A stretch of 64,000 nucleotides of DNA from Eledone cirrhosa (lineage: Eukaryota). The translations under genes and the position numbers were made by a program. Under the pieces are notes generated by a model. It did no database searches and was not told where the DNA came from. It was given only the letters and a program-made list of their open reading frames with translations. The DNA is taken from the NCBI GenBank assembly GCA_964016885.1, contig OZ024743.1, positions 221,464,001 to 221,528,000 on the forward strand. The letters are read 5' to 3'. Below are positions 26,598 through 40,943 of the stretch, one piece after another (positions within the stretch are counted from its first letter, which is position 1; every line of letters starts with the position of its first letter).

Positions 26598-27326
26598 ATT
26601 TACATAAACACATAAAATTTAATGCCAGCAATAAAGCAGCGAAAAACCTAGATCCTACCATTACTCCCGCATTAATATTTTTTGCTATTAGAATTACTCC
26701 ATAGATTCAATCCTATATTTCATCCCTATAACTGTTTTAAATAATTAACTATTAATTAGCACATTATATTCAACACTCTAACAAAACTTTAACAGACATG
26801 CATTTAAACCTATTAAGAAAACCAGATTATTAATGAGATTTCTTATTCGAAAATAAAATTCCCTACAGGTAAAACTTCAATACTTACACAAATTTTATTA
26901 TTTTCTTACCTATGTATTTCTTTATCTACTTTTTACTTTTCTTTGTTTCCATCTATATTCCTCTACTTGTTCTATTTTTAGAACAAATTATTCCTCTTGA
27001 ACAAAGAAGTAACAAATATTTAGAATTGTTCTATACTATTCTACTCACTGATATCTGCACCCCCTTTCCTCCAACTTTAATCTTCCTTGACCGTCCCACT
27101 TTTCTGAAATTTCTATACAATCTGTCTGAATTCCTTTACACACGCTACTTCCTTTTCTTAAAGGTCATTCGATACCTCATCCCCTGACTGCTAATTTATT
27201 CATCTACTACTACCAGCTTAATGATCTATATTACCCCTTCCTTTTTTTACTATTGGTCAATCTCAACCTAGTTCTTAAAAGGTTACTTATTCATACATGT
27301 TTTTATATTCTTCATAGTTTTATATT

Positions 27327-27470
27327 CCAGCATAGTTACGTCCCTTTACGTTCTGATTTCAAATTTCGCCGAGGTTAACTTTGCCTTTCATCCTTACGGG
27401 GTCGATAAAATAAAGTACCAGTAATGTACTGGATAATTGCTGGCCTTGTGCCAAAAGTAGAAACAATTAT
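27327..27470 (+). mobile_element. SINE family 1
   Basis: CCAGCATAGTTACGTCCCTTTACG...GGGGTCGATAAAATAAAGTACCAG...GAAACAATTATT. Confidence 0.85.
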
Positions 27471-27600
27471 TTCTGAAGACGGCGGGTAGGGAAGACGTAT
27501 GTATATTAACTTACTTTGATAATTTGTAATATATTTTCCATAGATCACCAATAGAATGAACATACGGAGAACTACTCCCCAGAAACGATCGTAAAATAAT
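27466..27600 (+). ncRNA. type I hammerhead with ~100-nt stem II domain
   Basis: ATTATTT-CTGAAGA-CGGCGGGTAG..(~80 nt)..CTACTCCCCA-GAAAC-GATC-GTA-AAATAAT: perfect 7-bp stem I, palindromic ACGATCGT. Confidence 0.8.
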
Positions 27601-27778
27601 GAGTTTTACTATGTTTAATTTCATTGTTTTCACAATTTCTATTATTTTGACTCTGCTTCCAATGAATTATATCGTTGAAATTTTGTATTTTAAACTTTGC
27701 TTCACGACATCTTCTACATACGGATTAGATTGAGTTCTTCATACGGCTTGGACCCTACCATTAATTGGTGGATTTATC

Positions 27779-27862
<84 letters not shown>

Positions 27863-28074
27863 TTAGATATACGTGTGTTTGTATGTATATGTGTGTGTGC
27901 GCGTATGCAAGAGCGCTTGAAGGCGTAAGTGTGTTGAAACAAAAAACACGCATAGTCATTAAATAGAAGGATTAGGAATTGATATATGATGTAGAAATTC
28001 ACAAATTGATTTCATCACGCTCATACACACACACGCGCACACGCACCCACACACTGACACACATGTGCATGTGC

Positions 28075-28136
<62 letters not shown>

Positions 28137-28689
28137 ACACACATGTGCATATATATATATGTATATATACATACATACACACATGAACACACAAACACAC
28201 ACTCATGCACATGTGCACACACACATACATAAATGCATGCACAGACACTCACACATTCTTTTACTTGTTTAAGTCATGAGACACATACATACATATATGT
28301 ATGTGTGTGATTGCGTGTTTGTATGTGTGTGTGTGTGTGTGCGTGTGTGTGCGTGTGTGTGTGTGTGTGCGTGTGTGTGCGTGTGTGTGTGTGTGTGTAT
28401 GTGTGTGCAGACTACTGGCTCCAATAAAGAACGCATACATAATTATTTTCTAGAACAAAAAACAAATTAGTCGTATAGACACACACATACACACACACAT
28501 ACACATTAACAATAACAACTGATTCACATACACATACATGCACGTTCACATACACATACATGCACGTTCACATACATACACACATACAATTAACCATAAA
28601 TACTACTACCAACGTCTCATTTTCACGCACGCACATACATAATAGCTCTCACACACACGTACACTACCAGATAACAACAAACAACGACG

Positions 28690-28832
28690 ACTATACCACC
28701 ACCGCCACCACTTTTACTACTACTACTACTACTACCACCACCTCCTACTACTATTACTACTACTTCCACTACTACTACTACTTTTACTACTACTACTACT
28801 ACCACCACCTCCTACTACTATTACTACTACTT

Positions 28833-28882
<50 letters not shown>

Positions 28883-29125
28883 GCCACTTCTACTCCTCCC
28901 CCTCCTCCTCCTCCTCCTCCTACTACTACTACTACCACCACCACCACTATTATTACTACTACTGCCACTACTACTACTACTACTACCATTACTACCACCA
29001 TTACTACCACCATTACCACCACCACCACTACCACCACCACTACTACTCCTACTATTACCACCACCACCACCCCACTACTACTACTACCACTACTACCACT
29101 ACTATTACGATCACTACTACTACTA
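28690..29125. repeat. (TAC)n/(CAC)n trinucleotide compound repeat
   Basis: Direct inspection. Confidence 0.95.
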
Positions 29126-30109
29126 TGACAACCAAATAAGCCCTGGTTTGACTAATTTTTCAATAAAGATTTAAAAAAAAAAAAACATCTCCAGAATCTA
29201 CAACCTGCAGCTTTCATCAAAAACATTTGAAAATAATCAAAGACAGATCATTTATTTTAAATGATGTTAGGTGTGGAGGGAGTGAAGGGGAGGGGGGTCT
29301 GAATGGAGGGATGATTGGGGTGAAGAGAAAGGTGAGAGGTAGGGGAGGAAGAGAGGGAGGTGAAGAGGAAGGACACTTTCCCCTTGTTTCATGGTTTATA
29401 ATGACAAAGGTATGATTATCATTCCCATGGTATGTCTTGTAGGAATCAAACATTACCTTCAATGTTGATCTTATTGATATTGTGATAGTTGTGATTATTG
29501 TTTTTGTAGCTGATGAGATGATGATATTCTTGTTGTTGTTGCTAGTGTTGTCGTCATGTTTGAGTGGCGGTGCCTGTGTGTGTGGGGGGGGTGGGGCATG
29601 TTTGTGTATGTGTGTGTGCGTGTGTAAGTGCGCGTATGTCTGTGCCTGTGTATGTTTGACAGTATTCATTTCTGTGCAATATTTATCTGCAATGTTGTGA
29701 GGTGTGTATATTTCTATGCCAGTGTATGTTGTTTCTTTGAAGCTACTGTTTCTTCTTTGCTATGTTTTTTTTTGGGGGGGGGGGGTATTGGGGGGAGTAT
29801 TTTGGGGAGGTATTGATTGTTTTTATATTTCTGCTACATGCCCTCAAGCTCTGATTATCAACACTTGCTTTATTATAGTGCCCAGTTGAAGTGTCAGAGG
29901 TTCACTTCAACATTCATCCGTCCTGGGTCGATAAAGGTACCAAATCGACTACTCTATAATATTGTGTCTATGTTGTGTATGCATGGCCCCGGAACTCCTG
30001 GTGGAGTCGTTGGAGCTCCGAAGTGACATATGGACATTTTTGAAACCCGGTGAAGCCTATCTCTCTCCAGATGGTTTCTTCTGTAGAAGGAGAATAGTGA
30101 GAACGATAT

Positions 30110-30278
30110 ATAGAAGAAGAATCGACCCCAGTACTAGTCTAGTACTTTTTTAACCACCTCGAAAGGATGAAAGACAAAGTTTACATTGGCGAGATTTGAA
30201 TTCAGAACGAAGAGAGCCGGAACGAATACTGCAAAGCATTCTATACGACGTTCTAATGACTCTCTTAATCCGCCGCTT
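30110..30278 (-). mobile_element. SINE family 1 (older)
   Basis: ATCGACCCCAGTAC...GAAAGGATGAAAGACAAAG...GATTTGAATTCAGAACG...CCGCC. Confidence 0.7.
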
Positions 30279-31024
30279 ATTGAGTATGTGTTAGAAATAA
30301 CTAATTGCTGAGTTGTTATTACTGCTGTTGTATCACCATCTTCCAAATTCTTCAACATTCCTCCTCGGTTTAGTCCCCATAAAACTCATTCTAAATCCCT
30401 AAAACCTGTTCTTAACTCTTTTTCCCAATTATTTTCCCCTGTCCCTCAATTTTAACCAACTGAAATTCTTTTCCTATTCACCTTTTCGTAAATAAAACCG
30501 AGATGGATTGGTTCGAATCTGAACATTAGCTACATCGAATCCCACCAATGTGGATCAGTCCTCAGCAGTTGTGACCATTATCGCCAAACACTGGGAACTA
30601 AATAATGTTTTTGTTTTTTATCTTTGACTTAAGGGCGCAACTTTGGAGAAACCATATTAATTATTTAATAGACGCCTGTGACTGGTGGTTTAGTGATACA
30701 CTTCCAACACCCACGATACAGTAAAAGACAGGCTCGATCTGGGGGAGGTTTGAACCCAGAATGTCAAACATCCAAGGTATTGTGTCCAGTGATCTAATGA
30801 TTCTACCAATTCACTCCGCTCATTCAAATAAAATAATAACGTGAATTGTGATGTAGAACAGATACTTCACCTTTGTAAACAGCGGGGGCAGTATAAAAAT
30901 AATGAGTGCTCTGTATGTTCAGCACATCCTATATATACGAAGTACCTTTTTCCGAAACTATATATATCAGCAGCATAAACTTCACAAAACACCTCACATA
31001 CATACACACATACGGAATGGAAGG

Positions 31025-31284
31025 GAGCTCCGTCGGTTTTGACGGTGCGTGTTTTAGCTGTTTGATCAACAGAACATGCTGCTTATGAAATTAACGAGCA
31101 AGTGACTGAACATTTCACTGACACGTGTACCCTTAACAGAATTCTCAAGGCGAATAAGTGTGATAAAATATATGCCAAGGCTGGGTCTTTGAATTACAGA
31201 AACAATCGGTCAGATGAGCTGTCCATTCAGTTCCACTGACAACGCTTCGGTCGACCTGAGGTTATGATAACAACTGCCCAAGCT
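31025..31284 (-). mobile_element. SINE family 2, 3' part
   Basis: CTCCGTCGGTTTTGACG...GACACGTGTACCCTTAAC...CAAGGCTGGGTCTTTGAATTACAG. Confidence 0.65.
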
Positions 31285-31431
31285 CAGGGCTTGATTTAAT
31301 GGGCGCCCTGCAGTGAGCTTTGATATGTAAAATTGGGGAAGGGGCGGTGTATTCTAATGTTTGTGTATGAGGTGCCCCCTCCCCCAAAACCTGAAGAGCT
31401 CCGGGCCCCCCAAGGTCTAAATCCAACCCTG
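31285..31431. mobile_element. 147-bp hAT-type MITE
   Basis: TIRs CAGGGCTTGATTTA / TAAATCCAACCCTG (12/14); 8-bp TSD CCCAAGCT (31277-31284) / GCCAAGCT (31432-31439). Confidence 0.75.
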
Positions 31432-32107
31432 GCCAAGCTGCAGCACCTGTCTATAGCAACACATGTCTACGGTAACGCCTGTCTATGGAAATACCTGCCC
31501 AAGCTACAGCACCAGTGTGCATGACTTAATGTTTACCAATCAAACACAAATCCAATTACGCAAGCACACTCACATACACATTCACAGAAACAGATTCTAA
31601 CACACACGCACACACACCTTCAGACACACACCCTCAAACACATTCAAAGAAACAGACTCTAACACACATGCACACAAATACACACACAAACATAGTCATA
31701 CATACACAAACATTCATACATACATACACACACACAAACAAACATATTCATACATAAACATATTCACACACGCACACACACAAACACATACATAAACACC
31801 TTCACACATACACAAACAATCTCATTCACAGAAACACACTTTAACACACACACATTCACGTACAAAGAAACATATTCAGACAAATATAGTCAGACGCGGG
31901 CCCACGCACACATACACACACATATTCTCACACACACATATTCTCACACATATTTACACACACATTTATTAAGGAAAACTAATGACAGAAGATGACGATA
32001 TGTGAGGCCGTTTGCACTTGCAGGTGTTGGGTGAGATGATTGTTAACAGGTGTACTATAGTAGATGATACAATAGGCGATCAGATTTCATGTTGTCCTTG
32101 GGGTAGA

Positions 32108-32226
32108 GAGGAGGAGGAGGAGGAGGAGGAGGAGGGAGAGGAGGGAGAGAAGTAGAAGAAAGAGAAGAAGAAGAAGAAGAAGAAGAAGAAGAAGAAGAAG
32201 AAGAAGAAGAAGAAGAAGAAGAAAGA

Positions 32227-32257
<31 letters not shown>

Positions 32258-32413
32258 AAGAAGAAGAAGAAGAAGAAGAAAGAGAAGATGAAGAAAATGA
32301 AGAAGAAGAAGAAGAAGAAGATGAAGAAGAATAAGAAAGAGAAGAAGAAGAAGAAGAAGAAGAAGAAGAAGAAGAAGAAGAAGAAGAAGAAGAAGAAGAA
32401 GAAGAAGAAGAAG
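32108..32413. repeat. (GGA)n/(GAA)n microsatellite
   Basis: Direct inspection. Confidence 0.95.
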
Positions 32414-32827
32414 ACGTCATTACCACCAACACACTAACAACAACAAAAGCAAGCCAAGCAAACAAGTGAACGAAAGAGTTAACAAAAGACACCGATGATG
32501 AAACTCCAAAGATGAGCAGCAAGAGCTGTTAATACTCAGTATCAATTAGCAAACATATCTTTAGGCAAGTTTCTCTTTGCTAGTTTTTCATGTGTTTTGG
32601 TTTTATTTTTTGTGTGTGTTTTTCATTTCATTTTCTTTTTCTTTTACAGGTGAATATTTTCATTGAAAATATCGTTGTATTGTTGTTGTTTCTTTGGAGT
32701 GTTTCTTATTGTTGTTGATGATGATGATGATGATGATCATCATCATCATCATTATAATAATGGCTGCCTCATTAGTATGCGTCGGTGTTTGTTTGTTTGT
32801 TTGTTTTTACATTGCTAATTGTTTAGC

Positions 32828-33200
32828 ATTGGCAGTATCGGTAGAGGGTCTGACGCTATGCTTTGCAGCGAAGAGTTACGCCCCTTTATAGTTTGAGTTC
32901 AAATCCCGCCGAGGTTAACTTTGCCTTTCATCCTTACAGGGTCAATAAAATAAAGTACCAGTAATGCACTGATATAATTGCTGGCCTTGTGCCAAAAGTA
33001 GAAACAATTATAATTATTGGCAGTTTCAGTACAGGGTCGGACGCCATGTTTTGCAGCACGAGTTACGGCCCTTTATGGTGTGAGTTCAAATCCCGTCAGG
33101 GTTAACTTTGCCTTTTTATCCTTACGGGGTCGATAAAATAAAGTACCAGTAATGCACTGGGATAATTGCTGGCCTTGTGCCAAAAGTAGAAATAGTTATA
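32828..33200 (+). mobile_element. two head-to-tail near full-length SINE family 1 copies
   Basis: 32828-33012 and 33016-33200 each have a TTGGCAGT head, GAGTTCAAATCCCG B-box and CCAAAAGTAGAAA tail. Confidence 0.9.
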
Positions 33201-33207
33201 ATTATGG

Positions 33208-33360
33208 AACTGTTTCATTCGGGAGAAATCATCAGGAATCCTGATGATTACTCCCGAACGAAACAGTTATAGTCCTGTAGAAGCCATTTCTATATTAAAT
33301 ATGTATACTCTGCTATGTATTGAGTACCTTACTAACTGTGGTTACCACCGACTGAACCTT
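33208..33360 (+). mobile_element. short PLE-type terminus with 61-bp foldback over a hammerhead core
   Basis: 33208-33268 is a near-palindrome centred at 33238; CTGATGA...CGAAAC...GTC on the plus strand; ends in (TA)n. Confidence 0.5.
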
Positions 33361-33581
33361 ATATATATATATATATATATATAGATAGATAGATAATTTA
33401 ATATATCAACTAACATAAGCGCACAGATGCACGCCTATGCCAGCAAATACACAGGTTATGTCATAGTACCTAGGTGGTTCAATGCAGGAGGATGCAGAAC
33501 AATAATATAAAAGACGTAAAATAAGAAAATCTTTTTCAAAAATTTTTTTTTTTAATGTTTTACTTACTTACTTAAATTTTC

Positions 33582-33663
33582 ACTCCAACTAATTAGTTTC
33601 TGCAATGGGATAAAGACAGTTACGTAATCTAACTGTCGAGAATTCATTGCGTCATCAGGGAGT
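33582..33663 (-). ncRNA. type I hammerhead (inverted copy)
   Basis: Reverse complement of 34381-34462 with one loop substitution. Confidence 0.85.
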
Positions 33664-34380
33664 CTATTCTCAGCTAAGTCTGCAGGCAATGCGCGGACAC
33701 TGGCGGCTCATATAAAAATAATAATAATTCGGTAGATAGAACAGCTGGCGAGGACTGAATTCTATGTACTGAAATCCTCACTGCTTCTAGTCAAATGGCC
33801 GATTCTAAAGAATCAATCACGTGACACAGAGGCTAGTCAGAAGGAATGGGATGGTAAGATGACTGACGCCTACTAACACCCCCCCCCCAAAAAAAAAGAG
33901 TGAAAATTTAAGTAAGTAAGTAAAAAAATTTTTTAAAAAATTTTTTGAAAAAGATTTTCTTATTTTACGTCTTTTATATTATTGTTCTGCATCCTCCTGC
34001 ATTGAACCACCTAGGTACTATGACATAACCTGTGTATTTGCTGGCATAGGCGTGCATCTGTGCGCTTATGTTAGTTGATATATTAAATTATCTATATTTA
34101 TCTCCAAATCACTGATTTGTCGAGCAGACCTGCCAAAACCACTTCTAAAAAAATTTTTTTGGGGGTGTTAGTAGGCGTCAGTCATCTTACCATCCCATTC
34201 CTTCTGACTAGCCTCTGTGTCACGTGATTGATTCTTTAGAATCGGCCATTTGACTAGAAGCAGTGAGGATTTCAGTACATAGAATTCAGTCCTCGCCAGC
34301 TGTTCTATCTACCGAATTATTATTATTTTTATATGAGCCGCCAGTGTCCGCGCATTGCCTGCAGACTTAGCTGAGAATAG

Positions 34381-34462
34381 ACTCCCTGATGACGCAATGA
34401 ATTCTCGACAGTTATATTACGTAACTGTCTTTATCCCATTGCAGAAACTAATTAGTTGGAGT
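34381..34462 (+). ncRNA. type I hammerhead ribozyme
   Basis: ACTCC-CTGATGA-CGCAATG..GACAGTTA..TAACTGTC..CATTGCA-GAAAC-TAATTA-GTT-GGAGT; predicted cleavage after 34457. Confidence 0.9.
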
Positions 34463-34550
34463 GAAAATTTAAGTAAGTAAGTAAAACATTAAAAAAAAAA
34501 AATTTTTGAAAAAGATTTTCTTATTTTACGTCTTTTATATATATATATAT

Positions 34551-37650
<3,100 letters not shown>

Positions 37651-37721
37651 TATATATATGAATATACGTATATATATGCAACCGGTATTAGCAGGGAAAC
37701 CTTATGCTAGTCCCGTCAACT

Positions 37722-37790
<69 letters not shown>

Positions 37791-38116
37791 CACACACATA
37801 CATATAGGAAAAGAGCCAGGACCCCGTTTCGACAGCTAGATCCGCAGTATACTCTTTTCCTATTACCCACTCTACTACCCTAAGTATCGAGGACTCTGTT
37901 GCGTTATGGTCCACCTGGTTTCTTATCACACTTTCTTTGTTATATATATATATATAGACACACACATATATATACATATATGTATATATACATGTATGTA
38001 TGTATATGTATATGTATATATATATGTATATATATGCTCTACGGTTCTTATATATTTGATATATATTTATCCTTATCGAGCCCTCTTTGGATTTTAGTCT
38101 TCAAATTTATTATTAT

Positions 38117-38162
<46 letters not shown>

Positions 38163-38359
38163 AGAAGCCGTGACTATCCTTCATCAGTGATCTACTAGCC
38201 ATCATAGGTATTTCTTCGCATTAAAGATCAAATACCTATGATCACTGATGAAGGTTGTCCCGCCTTCTCTTTCTAATTCTTACTTCATATGTATCACATT
38301 CGCAAAAGCACATCACGCCAATTTTCATATATATATATATATATATATATATTTCATAA

Positions 38360-39437
38360 TTGAATATAAAAGAGAGATAAACATAGACATATACGTATGT
38401 GTTCAAATCGTAAGGGACCAGGTTCGCTAAGGTGAAAAAAACTATGGAAACATATATGTATATGTCTGTGTTTATCTCTCGTTTATATTCAACTAGCAGT
38501 AAAGCCCGGCGTTGCTCGGGGTCGCTCAGTAGCTGTGTTAAAGTTACAATGTTAAGTTTCTTTTTTGGCTTAAAAACTGTAGTGTCTACTGTGCAGACTT
38601 GCATGTGGTGTTTTTGATTAATATTCCCTCAACCAACAATATGCCTTATGAAGTTAAGAAAACATGACGATAACCCGAATGTTATAACAAAAGAGGATGC
38701 TGGGGATAGAAACTGCACTGGTTATTTATTAACAAAGATCGAAAATGTAAACACTGCAACGCAGAGAAAAACATTAGCGTAACCAAATTATCAGTTATGT
38801 CTGTCTGCACGCCTATATCACCTCTCTGCACGACTGTCTGTCTGCACGCCTATATCACCTCTCTGCACGACTGTCTGTCTGCACGCCTATATCACCTCTC
38901 TGCACGACTGTCTGTCTGCACGCCTAACGACGAAATATTTGCTTGTTTTACGTAGTCTTTAAATAGACTTGTTTTCAAGTAAAAATATTGTTTTAAAATG
39001 CTTTTAAATGGAAATGAAGCAAAACGGAAGCTTAGTGTTCGAACTGTTCGTGTATTGTGTTAATGTCATTTTAAACGCTGAGAAAGCCAGCGTAATTTTT
39101 TACGTAAGACGCTCAATGTAAACAGAACAAAGGGAAATAACTGATCACTTACGCTCAAAAATCGATACATTATATTCGATTTCGTCACATAGGGTGGGTC
39201 AATTTGAAATTTTTTTTTTCCGATGTCTTCGCTAGGTCTCAATGTACAAGTATAGCAATTTCGGCGCAATTCCGTGAGAGATTCTAAGAGGAGATGTGTG
39301 CCAAAAATCGATAGACAGACAGACAACCACAGTTTTATATATATAGATTATAATATACGGCTCGGAAAAATCTCTTTCCTAGAGCTATTTTATTGTAAGA
39401 GACTATTTTAAGTTTCTAACTCAATATATACCTTTGA
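38360..39437. mobile_element. (TA)n-inserted foldback element (family S) interrupted by a Helitron
   Basis: 38360-38400 is inverted at 38450-38491; 38450-38492 + 39348-39437 is the reverse complement of 49257-49390. Confidence 0.7.
38493..39347 (-). mobile_element. non-autonomous Helitron
   Basis: 5' TCTATATATATAAAACTG; 3' hairpin CCCGAGCAACGCCGGG then CTAG; inserted between A and T without TSD; 37-bp tandem repeat at 38798-38926. Confidence 0.85.
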
Positions 39438-39557
39438 TATATATATATATATATATATATAGATATATAATAAAAAATTGAACAGGGACAGAACAGAGAG
39501 GCAGTACGACAAATGTTTATTAGATTCACGCTCAGGAGAGTGGGGGGTAGGTGGAGG

Positions 39558-39589
39558 ACGACGTTTCGGGCATAAGCCCTTCTTCAGGT
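39558..39589 (-). ncRNA. minimal hammerhead (weak stem I)
   Basis: AC-CTGAAGA-AGGGC TTAT GCCC-GAAAC-GTC-GT. Confidence 0.7.
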
Positions 39590-40414
39590 AAGAGTTCAAA
39601 AGGTGTGTAGGGGAGTGGTGGAGAGACATATAGCGAAAGGAAACGGTGCGAATGAAAAATTAACAAATAAAGACAAAAATATAATAAATAATAAATAAAA
39701 ATAAAGCATGATCAAAATACAAGGAATGAGAACATTTAAAAATAAAGGCATGATCAAAATAAACTGAAATTAAAAGGCGGGTAAACAGGTGGTGGAAGGG
39801 TGTGGGGTGAGTAGAGGTGGAGGTGGGTGGAGTGGGGAGAGGGAGACGGGGTGTCCGAGCGGGGAGGGCTGAAGGTGGTGTGTGTGGTTAGGTGTGTGTG
39901 TGTGTGTGTATGTGAAAGTGAGGGTTGGGGGACGAACGGGGTTGCATGTTCAGGAAGGTGTGTGTGGGGGGTGTTTTTGTGTGTCGGAGGGTCTGTGCGT
40001 GTGTGGATAGGGGGTGGGGGGAGAGGAATCAGGGGGCTGAGGGTGTAAATATGTGGTGGGAAGCACGTGTGTGTGGTTTAAGCGTGTTGTGGGTGTGGGT
40101 GGCGTGTGGTAAAAAAAATTTGTTTTGGGATGTGTGTGTGGGTGAGTTATATAGGTGATGGTGTTAGAGGATGGTTGAAAAGTGGTAAGTTACACGGATG
40201 TATGGAGATTTTGGTTGGAAGTCAAAACGCGTGTGGGTAATCCAAGAAGCGGTGGTCGGAAGAGGAGAGATGTGGGGTGCGCGCGCAACAGGAAGTGGTC
40301 ATCAGTGGAAGTGCTGTGGTCAGTTGGTGCTGAGACAGTGGTCGGAAGGGCATAGCAGCAGTCAGCGGAATGGTAGGGAGGCGAGGATGGGTAGGTGTGA
40401 GAGTTGGAGTGAGG

Positions 40415-40471
<57 letters not shown>

Positions 40472-40943
40472 TAGTAGGGGTGTTAGTGGGATGAGTGAGT
40501 GTGGAGTGGGGAGAGAAGGGTGTGTGTGGTTCTATGGAGGGAGTGTGGTGTACTGGTGTGTGTAGTTTGGTGAGGGGGTGTTAGTGGGTGTTAGTAGACG
40601 GGAGGTGGGGAGGGGTGGAATGCAGGTGTGAGTGGGGGTTAGTGGGGGTAGGGTGTGTAGAGTTGGTGGTGTACGAGGGTGTGTGGGTACGTGTGCGTGG
40701 GGTTGGAGGGTGTTAGTGATGTTAGTTGCGTGTGGGGTGGGTGGTGTAAGTGTGTGCGTGTGATAAGGAGGGGGGGAGGAGAAGAGGGGAGGGAAGGGAT
40801 GTTAGTATGTTAGTTGGGGAAGGGTGGTTAGATGAGGGGTGGAGTGGGGGTGTTAGTATTGTTAGTGTGGGGTGGGCGGTGAAAAGGAGGGGTGTGTTAG
40901 TGGTGTTAGTGGGGGATAAGTGGGGGAGGGGGGCGGTCGAACG

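Larger units (their letters stand above)
25330..27780. mobile_element. rearranged Neptune-type PLE remnant (minus-strand coding remnant, plus-strand 3' region with hammerhead), interrupted by SINEs
   Basis: Minus strand HKRNVTWYNAPFN, frameshift, AILDKHFPPNHKYHPILNRYTVKFSYS matches the Neptune RKRxIIWFNPPF/DKHFP/IFNRNTxKxSYS motif; short inversion 26086-26128 vs 26231-26271. Confidence 0.65.
33389..34540 (+). mobile_element. retrozyme-like non-coding element: 561-bp unit in partial tandem plus inverted copy, two hammerheads, in (TA)n
   Basis: 33898-33979 = 34459-34540; 33389-33897 is an inverted copy of the unit. Confidence 0.9.

Noticed and set aside
32414-32660. Possible 5' UTR or exon near the GAA repeat with a strong acceptor at ~32649
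   Set aside because: No coding evidence; cannot be supported without transcript data.
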